DNA of 64,000 nt. It comes from Antedon mediterranea (Eukaryota > Animalia > Echinodermata). The notes beneath the pieces are model-generated. The model saw only the letters and a program-made list of their open reading frames with translations, made no database searches and was not told the origin of the DNA. The translations under genes were made by a program, and so were the position numbers. Location of the stretch: positions 19,795,365 through 19,859,364 of the forward strand of contig NC_092678.1 of the NCBI RefSeq assembly GCF_964355755.1. Direction: 5' to 3'. This document shows, one piece after another, positions 63,128-64,000 of the stretch (within the stretch, counting starts at the first letter, position 1; every line of letters starts with the position of its first letter).

Positions 63128-64000
63128 CATTGATTTAAAATATTGAATAGAGTTATAGGAGGCCTATGTATAATTAATCCAGATTGTTCAATTAGTATAT
63201 AAACTTGATTTATTCACGAGACTGAAGTATAGTACAACTCGTTCAATCAACATTGTTTTTACAAAAGTTCATGGTATTACACAATAATCCTAAACCATAT
63301 AAATACGAAAAGAGAAAGAAAAAAAATTAAAATTGAGAAGAAAAATTACAAGAGAATCCCTTTCACCTGACACCTCTATTTAGGGAACACCATACCGGCG
63401 GTACTTCCCGCGTAAACTGAAACCTCCATCAAAGTACTGTCTCTTTTATAAGGATTCTACTGTAGTACATAATAAATGTTTTTTGTTCATTTTATCTTAA
63501 AATAATAGTAATAAATAAAGTATAGTGCCCTCAAGTTGAGTATTTTGGCACGATTTTCGTATTTTGGCAAAGCATATAGCGCCTCAATTTGACGTATTAT
63601 TCTTGCTTATTATGGCAACCTCTCTCCAATAAATGGAATAACGTGTAAAAAATTACATCTGAGTAAATGTCGTTTCATCGTGGATATTAGGCCTACATTT
63701 AAAGCCAACATCAATCATGTTTGCAAAAAAATTATTATATACAACTAGAATTTAAATCGTTGTTTACACGAACATAACACACTTGACCTCACCCTTACTG
63801 TTTTGATGGGTCAATTTTGTCTTGCTGCAATTCTACTAAACGGTAAGAAGTCTATTCTATGAGTATTACAGGTGATGGGATCTGAAGATTTGTAAAAATA
63901 AAACTAAATCGTCATTAAGATTTGTGTTCCGATTGCGTCTTATTTAAACAAATCGAATGTAAATCGTTTCTCTATAATATTTTTATCAAATTTAAGTTTG

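Overview
AT-rich, intron-containing animal genomic DNA. It is not prokaryotic. The Deu/Nin-domain SINEs and gene content suggest a marine invertebrate, possibly an echinoderm; this is inference only. Gene models were spliced by hand. In order: two tandem clan-2 (CYP17A-like) cytochrome P450 genes (-; one runs off the left edge, one is complete at 495 aa), a PI-PLC X-domain gene (PLCXD, +, 310 aa), phosducin-like PDCL (-, 291 aa) head-to-head with cyclophilin PPIL1 (+, 172 aa), and five tandem METTL27/WBSCR27-like SAM-methyltransferase genes (+) that all carry a non-canonical, Cys-containing motif I. Introns and spacers hold many often nested mobile elements: Sola2, Kolobok-, MULE-, Harbinger-, Ginger- and P-like TIR elements, Helitrons, Helentron-associated elements, Deu/Nin SINEs and a CR1/L2-group LINE RT. 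There is also a 46-bp minisatellite, an (AGT)n tract split by a TIR element, a tRNA-Ile(GAT)-like cloverleaf and an SRCR pseudo-exon. The best leads are the divergent methyltransferase array, a young TIR element carrying an uninterrupted RT ORF, and inverted SINEs bracketing a PDCL exon. No database searches were run; family assignments rest on recognised motifs.
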